From Octopus sinensis (lineage: Eukaryota), in the NCBI RefSeq assembly GCF_006345805.1, contig NC_042997.1:100750001-100814000 (forward strand): a stretch of DNA of 64,000 nucleotides, given 5' to 3'. The notes below the pieces were generated by a model. The model made no database searches. It was given only the letters and a program-made list of their open reading frames with translations, and was not told where the DNA came from. Below are positions 10,419 through 22,369 of this stretch, in pieces. The stretch's first letter is position 1. Each line of letters opens with the position of its first letter. A program made the translations under genes and the position numbers.

Positions 10419-13344
10419 GCCACTGAAACAAAAAAAAGTGATATCACTGAGCTAAATGACTTAATATACGCAGCAGCCACTGCAGCCACAAAAGAAGCTG
10501 GATACTCACCCAAACCCGCCCAAACAGGAGTACCACCACCCAAACAAACCCTGTGGATAAATAACATCCAAAACAAAATAAAAAAATTTAGGAAAGACCT
10601 GTCGATTCTTAATGAAATCAGCAAACAATCAACGCTACTGAGCAACAAAAAGAAAACAAAAATACTCCGCAAATATAACATCACAGAGAAAAATTTGCCT
10701 GAGATAAAAGAAAAGCTGAAGCAAGATATCCTTGCCAAAGCACAAAGGATCCGCCGGTACGAGAAACGCCAACGCTTCTTTGAACAAAACAAAAAGTTCA
10801 ACTCCAACCCCAAAAAGTTCTACCAAGAACTTGGCAAAAATAAAATAGAAATCACTGCAGCACCAACGGCAGAAGAATTGGAAGAATTCTGGAGAGAAAT
10901 ATGGTCGGCGAACGAACAACCAAAAAAAAGGAGTATCAAAATAACAAACTCGGCATCTGAACAACTTTGGACCCCCATAACAACTGAAGAGGTCACCCAG
11001 GCACTGCAAAGACTAAGCAACTGGAAGGCACCTGGGCATGACAAGATCCCCAACTTCTGGTTGAAATATCTAACAGGAATGCACAAAAAGCTGGCTGAAA
11101 ACTTTAACAACATACTAGCAGAGCCAGAGACAATGCCTGAATGGCTCACGAAGGGGAAAACCATCTTAATTCCCAAATCAAATGAAACAGCAAAACCAGA
11201 AAACTACAGACCAATAACCTGCCTCCCTACTATGTTCAAGGCATTTACTGCAGTGATATCGCAAAGGCTGAACAAGCACCTGGACGAAAACAAACTGTTC
11301 CCAGAAGAGCAGAAAGGATGCCGCAAAGGCTCATATGGCTGTAAAGATCAACTAATGATTAATAAAGCCATAACTGAAGACAGCCACAGAAAGAAGAAAG
11401 GCCTCAGTATGGCCTGGATTGACTACAAAAAGGCGTTTGATAGCATCCCCCACACATGGATCCTCGAAACACTAGCCATTAACAAAGTAGCACCAACGAT
11501 CATAAAATTCATAGAGCACTCTATGAATAAATGGCAAACAGTCCTACACCTCCAAACAAAAGAGGGACTCATGAAAACCAAAGACATCCCCATTAGAAGA
11601 GGAATATTCCAGGGAGACACGCTCTCTCCACTCCTTTTCTGCTTGGCACTGTCACCTCTATCTGATATACTAAATAGAACTGGATGCGGATATAAATGTT
11701 ACGGCAAAACGATCAGCCACCTTTTATATATGGATGACCTAAAACTATACGCTGCAAATGACAAACAGCTGGAAACACTATTAAAGACAGTTCATGGATT
11801 TACCAAAGAAATAGATATGAAATTTGGATTAGAAAAATGCGCCAAAGTAACCATGAAAAGAGGAAAACTAGTTAAGAGTAACAACATCACACTAGATAAA
11901 ACCAATGAAATAAAAGAATTAGACCAAAGCCAAACTTACAAATACTTAGGAATCCATGAACTAGATAAGACACAACACACACAAATGAAAGAGAAAATAA
12001 AAAAAAGAATATTATAGACGAGTTAGATCAATACTAAAAACAGAGCTCAATGCTAAAAACTAGATAATAGGTATCAACACTTTAGCTGTCCCAGTTATAA
12101 GTTACAGCTACAATATCCTTAACTGGACACGAAATGAACTGACCAAAATAGATAGGAAAACAAGAAAAATAATGACAGGATCTAGGATGCATCACCCAAA
12201 ATCTGACATAGAAAGACTATATATACAACGTATAGAAGGTGGTAGAGGCCTTATACAGCTGGAAAACTACTATAAAATAACCACCATAGGACTGCAAAAA
12301 TATCTACTTCAGAAGGAAGGAAAACTGATCCAGATAGCGGCAAAACACGAGCAAAACAAAAAACTGTTCTCAGTATTTAAGGAAGCTGACAAATACAAAC
12401 AAGAAATCATACCACCTAATAAACATGAAGAAGAAGAAGAAGAAGAAGAAGAAGAAGAAGAAGAAGAAGAAGAAGAAGAAGAAGAAGAAGAAGAAGAAGA
12501 TGAAGAAACAACAAAAGCTATAAAACAAATGAAATCCAAACTAAAAATAGAACAGCAACGAACCATGATAAAACGATGGCAAGAAAAGCCCCTTCATGGT
12601 AAATACTGGACTAAACTAAACGCAAAAGAAATAGACAAAGAAAAATTCCAGCAATGGTTGAGAAGCTCAGGACTCAAAGCAGAGACAGAGGGATTTTTAA
12701 TTGCAGCACAAGACCAAAGCCTCCCCACCAGAAATTACCAAAAACATGTAAGGAAAAGAAATATTACAAGTAACTGCAGAATATGTGGAGATGGACAAGA
12801 AACAATAAATCATATTATCTCTAGCTGCCCAGTCCTGGCTAAGAAGGAATATATTCACAGACATGACAGAGTTGGAACCTACATACATTGGAAGCTATGC
12901 CAACATTATGGAATAACAACAGAAAAAGGATGGTATAGGCACACACCAGAAAAGGTCACAGAAAACGAGAAAGCAACCATACTCTGGGATATGCCGATAC
13001 ACACAGATAGAGAAATTAAGGCCAACAGACCAGATATAGTTGTCAGAGATCATGAAGAAAAAAAATGCTTTCTAATTGATGTATCAATACCGGCAGATGA
13101 CAACGTGTCTCTAAAAGAAATGGAGAAACTCTCAAAATACAAAGACCTGGAAATAGAGGTAACTAGAATGTGGAATCTGAAAACAGAAACAATTCCTATC
13201 ATAGTAGGTGCATTAGGCATGATAAAAAAATATTCAGACAAATACATAACAAAAACACCAGGACTTACAAACACATATAACATACAGAAAATTGCACTAC
13301 TAGGCACTGCAGACATCCTACGCAGAACACTTTCCATACAATAA
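10419..13344 (+). pseudogene. RT-RLE polyprotein of the Dong-like element, two lesions
   Basis: Frame is open from the TAA tract (no ATG) to a +1 A in the A-run at 11999-12006. In-frame TAG at 12061-63, then open to 13344. Confidence 0.85.
12427..12498 (+). repeat. (GAA)24 in frame within the LINE ORF (poly-Glu)
   Basis: Read directly from the sequence. Confidence 0.95.
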
Positions 13345-14329
13345 CCATCAGAGCATCACAACAAATCACAGCACATACCCAAGGCACACAGAGCTGCGCT
13401 CGGTAGTGAAGTGAAAGCACGCTATAAAAATAAAACTACTGAACAATAATAATAATAATAATAATAATAATCCCTTTCTTCCTTGGCCACAAAAGCAAAC
13501 ATGTGCAATACAAAACATGTCATTCACAAAGGGCTACAATCTCACACACACACTTATCACAAGTGTGTGATAAAAGTAGAATTGAGAAAAACACAATATA
13601 ATTTATTTAAATGATTTTAAAATCGGGACTTCACGACTTAGCCTTTCATCTCAATTCCTGAGACTGAGTTCTCTAAATTTGTCTACAGTTATCTTGAAGT
13701 GTAGTTGTACCACAAAGACTCCCTTATCTCAGGTGCGTATCGACTTGAATTCTTGCTTTTATAAACAATCTTTCATTTTGTTGTCCTATATACTCTTTCC
13801 CCATTCCCTCCTTAATCAGTAAAATATTCTTTTTATTAACATTCTGCTCTTTCAACTTTTGTTTATGGTACTCGCTGTTGGTTCAGACAACTGTGAGGCT
13901 TAGGCCCTCTAAAGAATGGGTACCTTTTTCAGACTGCTTTCAAGTCTCTTGCTTGCATTTTATGGAGGTTGTCTTTTTCCCCTTTCTTTATTTTCTTCTT
14001 GTCTTCGACAACCTACCACCCTTCTCCGTCACTGCAAGGCAATCGGATTATGAGGTATGTTGCTAGGTGAGAGTAATTTGGAGAAAAACCTGCATATAAT
14101 CGAAAACAGATGCAGGTTAAGTAATAAATACACATGAGCAAGTATATAATGAAATGGATCCACGAAGAGTCCTTACAACAGTTTTAGCTCTAAGTGTAAC
14201 AAAATTTAGATATGTTTTAAAGCACTACGTAACTGATAATGCAAAAGTCAATGTTGATAAAATAAGCTTTTACACATTGTTATTGTTATATTTTAATTTA
14301 CAATTACAAATTTCTACTTTCATCTTTAG

Positions 14330-14476
14330 GGTTATGCAACTAAAGCTGGAGGGAAAGGGTCGCAGCTAAGCGGTGGACAGAAACAGCGAATTGCTATTGC
14401 TCGAGCATTAGTAAGAAATCCTAAAATACTGCTTCTGGATGAGGCAACATCAGCTCTTGATACTGAAAGCGAAAAG
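14330..14476 (+). CDS. ABCB1-like: ABCB-like NBD2 exon (signature, Walker B, D-loop)
   Basis: ctttAG acceptor and GTAT donor; 147 nt. [49 protein letters not shown]. Confidence 0.95.
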
Positions 14477-14639
14477 GTATTAATATATGTTATTCTTTCT
14501 CTTTACTTCCTCCTCTCTCCCGCTTATTTATTGGTACATATCTAGTCATGCCATATGTACTGGGTGTAGTACATATATTTACCCAAAAATGTAATGTATT
14601 CATGAGAAAGTGGCTAGGCCTACTTCAGATATTGAACAG

Positions 14640-16020
14640 TTCAGCTCTTTATCGTAAAAGAGGCTCGTTGCAGTGACCACTGGTGTCAATAGTCGAAATT
14701 TATAAACTAGGGAAGGTACGAACGGTGATGATGCTGCGAAAGTTGAAGGACATGGTGTAATCCACCAGATGTAATCAGGTGTAATCCACCAGATGTAAAA
14801 ACAGCCAGAAAGTGGAAAACAGAAGCAGAGACTGATGACATTCTGTCTTCCCTAACACACCGTGATATGGTGGGTGTAACGCAAATTCATCGGAAGGGAC
14901 TTGGTTTTGGCACAGATTGGTCCAGACCGTTTGCAAGTATGTTGCGGCGCGAACGCAGATATGTTGTAAGCAACAGCGTCAAAACAAAGGAAGCAGAGAG
15001 AAGAGAGCTTTGCTTGATCCAACGCTCTCAACAAGGACAGATGATGAGATGGAAAGAACATGTTGTTGAGAGAAAAATAAGTTGGAATGAGATATGGAGG
15101 TGGACTACATCTCGGCTAAGTTTTCTGACTCGTTCATCCTATGTCTTGCCATCTCCTGTACATCTAGTAAGATGGAATGTCTCAGAGAATGATATATGAA
15201 AATGCGGAAAGGTCAGAACACTGAAACATATTCTTTCTGTTCACTAGCATTGAATAAATATACATGGAGACACAACCTGGTCCTTAAGGTTATCTTCGAT
15301 GCTATAAAGAACCAAATTGATTCCAACAACAGTGGAGAAGAAAAAACCGGTGAAAGTACCAACTAGAGATTTCATTGTACGCTCAGGACAGCAGATCCGT
15401 TTCAAGAAGAAACATCCTGTGAGCGATGAAAAGTGGAACGAATATTGGGAGGTGACTGCAGATTTACCAGGGTGTCAGCAACACTTTCTCATCTAAGTTA
15501 CGAAAACACCGGAAATTTTAATGCGGTGTGAAAGAAAGCGATGAATCTAGCCGAGTTAACGGTTCCCCATGAAGATAACATGGATGCCACTCGGGCTCGA
15601 GAGATTGACTGTTATGTAAACCTCCTCGAGGAATGTGAAGACGCAAGCTGGAAAGCAGAGCATTTTCTAACTGAAGTTGGATATAGAGGATTTGTTGGAC
15701 ACATTCTCAGGCGACTGTTGTTATCGTTATGCCTAACTCAACGTAAAGTAAATACCACCATGGCCGATATCCAAACTACATTGTAAAAGGCTAGCCACTG
15801 GATTTGGTTAAAAAGAGATGATGAGCGATGGCTAGAAGAATATTGAGCTTTATTTGATAACCAGTTGATCTCGCAAGCGGGACCTCATATCAGTGATGGG
15901 CGGTGCGCAATGATACTGTCGAGAGGTAGGCCCTGAAACGGCGTGCATTTTCTCCAGATGACCCCATACACTTGCTGGCTTCCGGTATGCGGAGCTTTCG
16001 ACTGGTAGCACTTGCATGTG
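14640..16020 (+). mobile_element. Hero-like (R2 superfamily) LINE 3' fragment, decayed
   Basis: QQGQMMRW, SWNEIW, YTWRHN, ELTVPHEDNM and EVGYRGFVG motifs typical of Hero-type RLE elements (clade from recall). Confidence 0.7.
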
Positions 16021-16759
16021 CAAGTTGTTTGCAAAACATCAATTCAAAAACTTTCTCATTACTTTTACCATAGCCTTTAATATTTTCTCAACTGTTTAAA
16101 TAATGGGTAAATGCACCTGATAGTGCCTGGAATCTGGTGTCTGTACGTTGGATAGCTTTATTTGTTATTTTAAAATATGCGAATGGTCGCAACACATATT
16201 TTCATGACCTTGTATGGTTGTCAAGTAAGAATTGATATTATTACAGTACGAATCAGCTAATTCACTTACTGCTTTCTCCATCATTGAAATGGATGGAGTA
16301 TTTAGTATAATGTTTTATGAGTTCAGAACAGGTAGTAATGCGATAAAAGCAACACAAAATGGTCATATTATGTATGGGAAGGGTTGTTTAAACGAATGAG
16401 TTAGTCGATGATTTGAAAGGTTAAGGAAGAGTGATGTGAGCTTAAATGAAATTATGATTGCACTATATCAATGTTAAGTGCTTTGGAATCAATATTTTCC
16501 ATATATACTACAAATGAATTATATCATTGGTTAATACAGCCCATCATTGCTTTTTCATTCGATATTTACATTGTTTAAGCGTCGAACAAAATATCTTTCG
16601 GCATTGTTCTGGCAATAATATTCTGAATATAAATCTACTGAGACCGACTTTGCTTTTCATGCTTGTGGGATCAATTAAAAAATATCAAGTCAAATACTTG
16701 GTTTTATATAATCGACTGATTTTATTCAAAGAGACCAGTTGGTCTTATCCTTTGTTCCT

Positions 16760-17110
16760 GGGTTAGAGGTAGGTGCCCCATTTGGGACGTCAGTCTGCGA
16801 CTCTTGTGCTCCCTCTCACATCCTGGAAGCTGCAGTAAATGGGAGGGTCACTACTTCTGTAGCCGAACAGAACAAAACTCTGAAGTATCGGGACCTGACA
16901 GTGAACTATCTCTTCCAGCCTGTGGTGTTTAAGACGTTTGGAGGGACTGGGTCACTAACCGCGAAATTTCTGTCATCTTTGACAGCTCGCCTCACCGAGG
17001 TGCAAGGTGATGCCTGAGGGCGCTTAGTTTTTCCAACGCCTTAGTCTCACCATCACCCGTGATAATGCTGCCAGCGTGCTGGCTTGCTTCAGTAGGTTCC
17101 GTTGAACCTT
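16760..17110 (+). mobile_element. CRE-like LINE 3' fragment (RLE domain)
   Basis: VCDSCAPSH, AEQNKTLKYRDL..NYLFQPVVFKTFGG and FQRLSLTITRDNAASVL motifs. Confidence 0.65.
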
Positions 17111-17378
17111 GTTGTGTGCGACCAATAGAAGCACTTGGTGCTGTATTGTTGCTTTTTTCTCTCTTTCTTCCCCACAAATGGTTTCAATACAGTTTTAGTA
17201 GAAAGATTTGGAAGAATTAGAAGAAAGTTCTCTGGTGATTTTCTTTCATGTAAATAGATGTTTATGTTAATTTTATACCTACATATGTATTTGTTTCTAC
17301 AATCAATTATTTGTAAATTAAATTTATTTCGTCTATTGTTTTAAAATATTTATTTATTTTATTTATAATTCTTTGCAG

Positions 17379-17573
17379 GTTGTTCAAGAAGCTCTCAATA
17401 AAGCAAGAAAAGGTCGCACGTGCCTAGTTGTTGCACACAGGCTCTCAACGATTAAGGATTCTGACAAAATTGCTGTAATAGTTGAAGGTAAAGTGCATGA
17501 AATTGGAACACATACTGAATTAGAGCAAAACAAAGGTGTTTACTATAATCTACTCACCAATCAAAATCTTTAA
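17379..17573 (+). CDS. ABCB1-like: ABCB-like terminal coding exon (H-loop, stop)
   Basis: ttgcAG acceptor. VVQEALNKARKGRTCLVVAHRLSTIKDSDKIAVIVEGKVHEIGTHTELEQNKGVYYNLLTNQNL then TAA. Confidence 0.95.
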   Translation, partial: VVQEALNKARKGRTCLVVAHRLSTIKDSDKIAVIVEGKVHEIGTHTELEQNKGVYYNLLTNQNL

Positions 17574-17696
17574 TCAATATCTAATTTCACTAAATGTTGT
17601 GTCTTGAAAAACCTGAAACATCACATTGTAAATATTACGTACAAGGGAGGCAGTTTTAGTGTTCAAAAAGATTGTTTAATCGATGTTTGAATAACA

Positions 17697-17702
17697 AATA
17701 AA
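17697..17702 (+). promoter_or_regulatory. Candidate polyadenylation signal of the ABCB-like gene
   Basis: AATAAA about 125 nt after the stop codon; the motif is common in AT-rich DNA. Confidence 0.35.
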
Positions 17703-18268
17703 GAGTCACTCGTGCATAGATGCATATCGTTGCTATTATGCAAAAGTGTCGTAAGTCGAAAATGTTTTTTTCTTCAGAAAACGACAAAATAGTTTCACCA
17801 TTCCACAGCAAAACCGTTGTACTTTGACAATATTTGATATCTTGGCATCTGAAGCAGCTGGAAATACGATAGTTTAACAAAAAGAATAGGCTATGGCAAG
17901 CAAAAATAGTTTGACAAAAAGAATAGGCTATGGCAAGCAAAAACGCATTTGGCCAAATTTTAGACATACGACAGATTAACATGATAGCATGGCTCTCTCA
18001 CACACTCTCTCTGTTTCTATCTCTCCCCCTCTCTCTCTACATATATATATATGTAAATTTTATAATTTCTAAATCTCTGTAATGGAGATACACAGCAGCA
18101 GTACTGACTATTAATATTTATTGCCAAACTAAGGTGGCAGTCCAGAGAAGTAAGACGAATGCTGCTGTTGAAATTCACACACACACACACAAGTACATGT
18201 GTACATTTATGCATATGCATACATATATATAAATACACACACACACACACACCACACACACACACACA

Positions 18269-18305
<37 letters not shown>

Positions 18306-18309
18306 CATA

Positions 18310-18494
18310 CATTATTTACATTTGACGGATATTTGTCCATATTTTGTTTGTTGTTTACACAACGTTTCGGCTGATATAACCTCCGGCCTTCATCAGATGT
18401 ATTGGGGAAATTTCGAACCTAGGTTCTCATTCCTAAGGTATTTTTCGATCTTCTTCTTCTTCTTCTTCTTCTTCTTCTTCTTCTTCTTCTTCTT

Positions 18495-18525
<31 letters not shown>

Positions 18526-18819
18526 ATATTATTATATTGTTATTATTATTATTATTATTCAGGTCACTGCCTGGAATCGAACTCGGAATCTTGGGGTTAG
18601 TAGACCGCGCTCTTAACCCCAATGTTCCGAGTTCGATTCCAGGCAGTGACCTGAATAATAATGATGATGATGATAATAATAATAATATCAAAAAATATCT
18701 TAGGAATGAGAACCCAGGTTCGAAATTTTCCCAAGACACCTGATGCAGGCTGGAGGATGTATCAGCCAAACGCATTAACAACAAAGATGAAAACAAATAC
18801 CCGTCAAATGTAAATAATG
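18310..18819. mobile_element. 510-bp fold-back element with tRNA-like centre and HHR motifs (family F1)
   Basis: Arms are reverse complements around a 14-nt loop (18600-13). B-box-like GAGTTCGATTCC at 18629-40. (CTT)n/(ATT)n inside the arms. Confidence 0.85.
18356..18401 (-). ncRNA. Minimal type-I hammerhead ribozyme (F1)
   Basis: UACAU-CUGAUGA-a-GGCCG/CAGCC-GAAAC-GUU|GUGUA. Stem I 5 bp; stem II has one mismatch; palindromic ACGU stem III. Confidence 0.7.
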
Positions 18820-19199
18820 CACATAATTCCTCATCTCTTAAATATACAACAGTACTATATATATATATATCAAAATAATGTTAGAGATAGAAACACCCAC
18901 AACTTCATCAACTCCGAACAGTATTAACTCAACTAAGCCATAAAATATTAAATATTATACTTACTATTTCTATTCATAATCCCAAAATTTTCCATATTAC
19001 GGACTACACATGCTTCATGATGGTACGTATGGTATTGTTAAGGCATAAAGTCTTATTCAAAAACTCATTATGTTTACGCACTCCAATCGTCACATCTACT
19101 TTCCCCACATTTATAAATATAACTACTTCTTATATATCACTATGTTTGTCAAAGTATAAATAAATAAATTCATGAACCTTATAAATTTAAGGAAAAAAC

Positions 19200-20360
19200 G
19201 GATATGATGTACGACTAAAAAATACGAATAAAAAATGTGAATAAATCCGGATAAAAACTACGAATAAAAATACGAAAAAATGGTTTAAAAGTATTAAAAA
19301 TAAAAAGGAATATAAGTTTATACAAATAGATATTGACAATTATTATGCATCGATAAACGAGGTAGTACTTAGTAAGGCTTTAGTGTATGCTAAGAACAAA
19401 ATAGGAATGACTATGGAGGAAATTAAGGTAGTCCAAGAGGCATGAAAATCTCTAATAAAATACAATAAATTATGGGCTAGAAAAGATACCAGGGAGTACT
19501 TCGATGTATCCATGGGAACGCCGGACTCATTACAGGTGACTGATCTAGTAGGGATCTATTTACTTTCAGAATTAAATCTAGAAAAATCAAAAGAAGAAAG
19601 CGGTTTATATAGAGACGATTTGTTATTAATAACTAAAAACTGTATAAAAAAGACTCTTGAAAATTATAAAAAGAAATTATATAGTTTTTTTTTCAAGCGA
19701 TAAGGATTAGGAACTACGATTTATAAAGATCATTATAATGTTAACTTTTTAGATGCCAATTTGAATATTTCAACAGGGATAACACAACCTTTCCACAAAA
19801 TGAAAGGAAATTTGAAATATATAAACGCATACAGTAACCCCACCTCCATTAAGAAAACACTGATAGCTAATATAGGAACTACGAGAACTTCCTAAAGCAT
19901 TCAACCTACTATAATGAAGCTTTAAAAAAGGCAGGATACAAGGACGAAATTATATTCTACAATAATAATACAAATAGTAACAATTACACAAAAGATAATG
20001 CTAAATATTAAAGTAAACACAGACATGACATATATAGGATCTATATCGAATAAAATTAAACAAAGGATAGCGCAGCACTTGTACTCATTTAAAAATAAGA
20101 CATTAATGAACTCGACAGGCTTAAGTAAATATATTTGGAGCCTAAATTCTAAAAAGATTAAATATAAACTAAAGTGGGAGATAATAAAGAAAACTAATTC
20201 ATATAGAATAGGGAATCAGTTCTGTCTGCTGTGTACTCACGAATTCATGGAGATTTCATGGTCTAAAACAACATTGCTTAATGCTCAGGATGAAAGAAAA
20301 ATTAAATGCAAACATCAGCTGAAGTGCTTAATTAATAAGTTTGGATTCTTAAGTAAATAA
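19200..20360 (+). mobile_element. Penelope-like element remnant (RT + GIY-YIG)
   Basis: MGTPDSLQVTDLVGIYLL, GLYRDD, YYNEALKKAGY; YIGS..KQRIAQH.YSF and SYRIGNQFCLLCTHE. Confidence 0.8.
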
Positions 20361-20460
20361 ACAACAATTAATTTTAATAAATTAAAACTGAGTTATATCC
20401 TTTGAATCAAAGTTACTATTATATATCATTGAAAGAAGGAATAAGGGAGGAAGCAGAGCA

Positions 20461-21915
20461 GATTCTAAAAATTATAGGCCTATCTCTCTGACCTCACACA
20501 TTAGCAAAATCATGGATCGAATAGTCCGCAAGAAACTAATCATGCTCCTTGAAGAAAATGAATTCCTGACTGACACTCAGCATGGATTTCGACCATGTAG
20601 AAGCTGTCTAACACAGCTCCTGCAACACTATAACTGGATGTTAAAACTAAATGGCTCAAGTGTGGATGTGATATATCTCGACTTTGCAAAAGCCTTTGAT
20701 AAAGTCGACCATGATATGATCTGTCACAAACTGCGTGATCTCGGCATAGGCGGAAAACGTGGAGAGTGGCTGCACAACTTGAAAGATAGAAGGCAGGCAG
20801 TAGTGGCCAATGGAACCACCTCCAAGGAAACACAAGTAACAAGTGGTGTTCCACAGGGCACTGTCTTGGGGCCACTGTTGTTCATAGTGGCCCTTTCAGA
20901 CATGCCCTCAGTTGCTATGATGGCCACCCTTGCTAGCTATGCAGATGATGCAAAAGTCTCAGACAATACAAAACCCTGGAAATATTGTACATCTGCAACG
21001 GGAGTTGGATACAATATACAGGTAGGCTGAGGACAACAACATGCAGTTTAATGCAGGGAACTTCGAACCCCTGCGTTACCGGCAAACAAAGCTGAACGAC
21101 ATGCAGACTGGATATACTGGCCCGGGAAGAATTGCAATTCCTGAGTCAAAATCAATGCGTGACCTGGGCAATGACATGAGCAATGATGCATCTTTCCAAG
21201 TGCATATTGCCAATTTGGTAATAAAATGCATACCGCTAACTGAATGTATCCTCCGAACTTTCAGAACAAGAGAGAAGGAGACACTGATGGTCCTTTGGAA
21301 GACATTCGTCCTCAGCCGCTTGGACTGCTACTCCTAACTATGGTCACCACACAATATAAAGTTAACAGCAGAACTCGAAGCAATCCAACGAAGCTACACT
21401 AAGAAGATCGTCTCAATGCAACATATCAGCTACTGGGAAAGACTGAAAGTATTAAACTCTTCTCCCTGGAGCGATTTGCACTGATATACATCTGGAAAAT
21501 CCTGGAGGGCCTTGTCCTGAATTTTGGCATTGAAAGTTACCCCAACAGTAGAACGGGGCACCACTGCATGGTGCCAAAGATCCCAACATCACCATCAAAA
21601 TACAAGACCAGATACTGCAACAGCTTGGGTTTCAGAGGACCACAGCTCTTCAATATCCTTCCTAAATGCCTGAGAGACCTGCATGGTGTGGATGTGGGTT
21701 TTTTAAAACTAATCTGGATGTCTTCTTGTCAGGGGTTCCAGATGAACCTACCTCTCGGCAGGAAACACAGATGCGGGTAGCGGCGTCGAACTCCCTTGTT
21801 GACCAAGTGCACCTTTCAGAGATGGTTTCATATACTAGTGTAGCACATTCAGCGGTGGTGCCCCAGCATGGCTGCAGCTTTCGGGCTGAAACATTTTTAA
21901 GGATTTAAGGATTTA
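20461..21915 (+). mobile_element. CR1-like LINE, 5'-truncated, with intact 3' tail
   Basis: NYRPISLTS, QHGFRPCRSCLTQLL, YLDFAKAFDKVDH, GVPQGTVLGPLLF, YADD; tail ends (TTTAAGGA)n. Confidence 0.9.
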
Positions 21916-22369
21916 TACATATACAGATGTTTATACATATCAATATCTACACATACAACTCTTACCCGTATGTATATGCGCCTATGCGCACCCACATATA
22001 CGTGCATCTGCATGTATTATCGCCCCTGTATACACAGGTATATGTACCTTGCATACATACGTACATTCACATATACACATATACACACACATATGCATAC
22101 ACTCACTCACACATATCTGCATGCACTTACTCGTACATATACACGCACAGATGGATGAATGCACATACAGCCGAATATAATTAGATGGTTGTGATATTCA
22201 TGTATGAGTGAGGAATTAGATAGGCATTTTAAGTTAGAATGTAGATTTATACCCACACAAGCCCGCATTCATACATACATGCACACACAGAGAATACATA
22301 CATACACATAACCTAAGAGTATAATAAGAATTACTTAGAAAAAGGAAAGGTGGTAATCAGTAAAACTAT

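Larger units (their letters stand above)
10418..13444 (+). mobile_element. R4/Dong-like non-LTR retrotransposon, 5'-truncated, inserted in (TAA)n
   Basis: RT (KAPGHD, YRPITCLP, DYKKAFDS, QGDTLSP, YMDDLK), CCHC knuckle (CRICGDGQETINHIISSC), RHD, RPDIV and KLSKYKDL. (TAA)n at 10375-10417 and 13445-13471. Confidence 0.92.

Noticed and set aside
17869-17942. 37-bp tandem duplication downstream of ABCB
   Set aside because: Real but an ordinary local slippage event with no sign of function.
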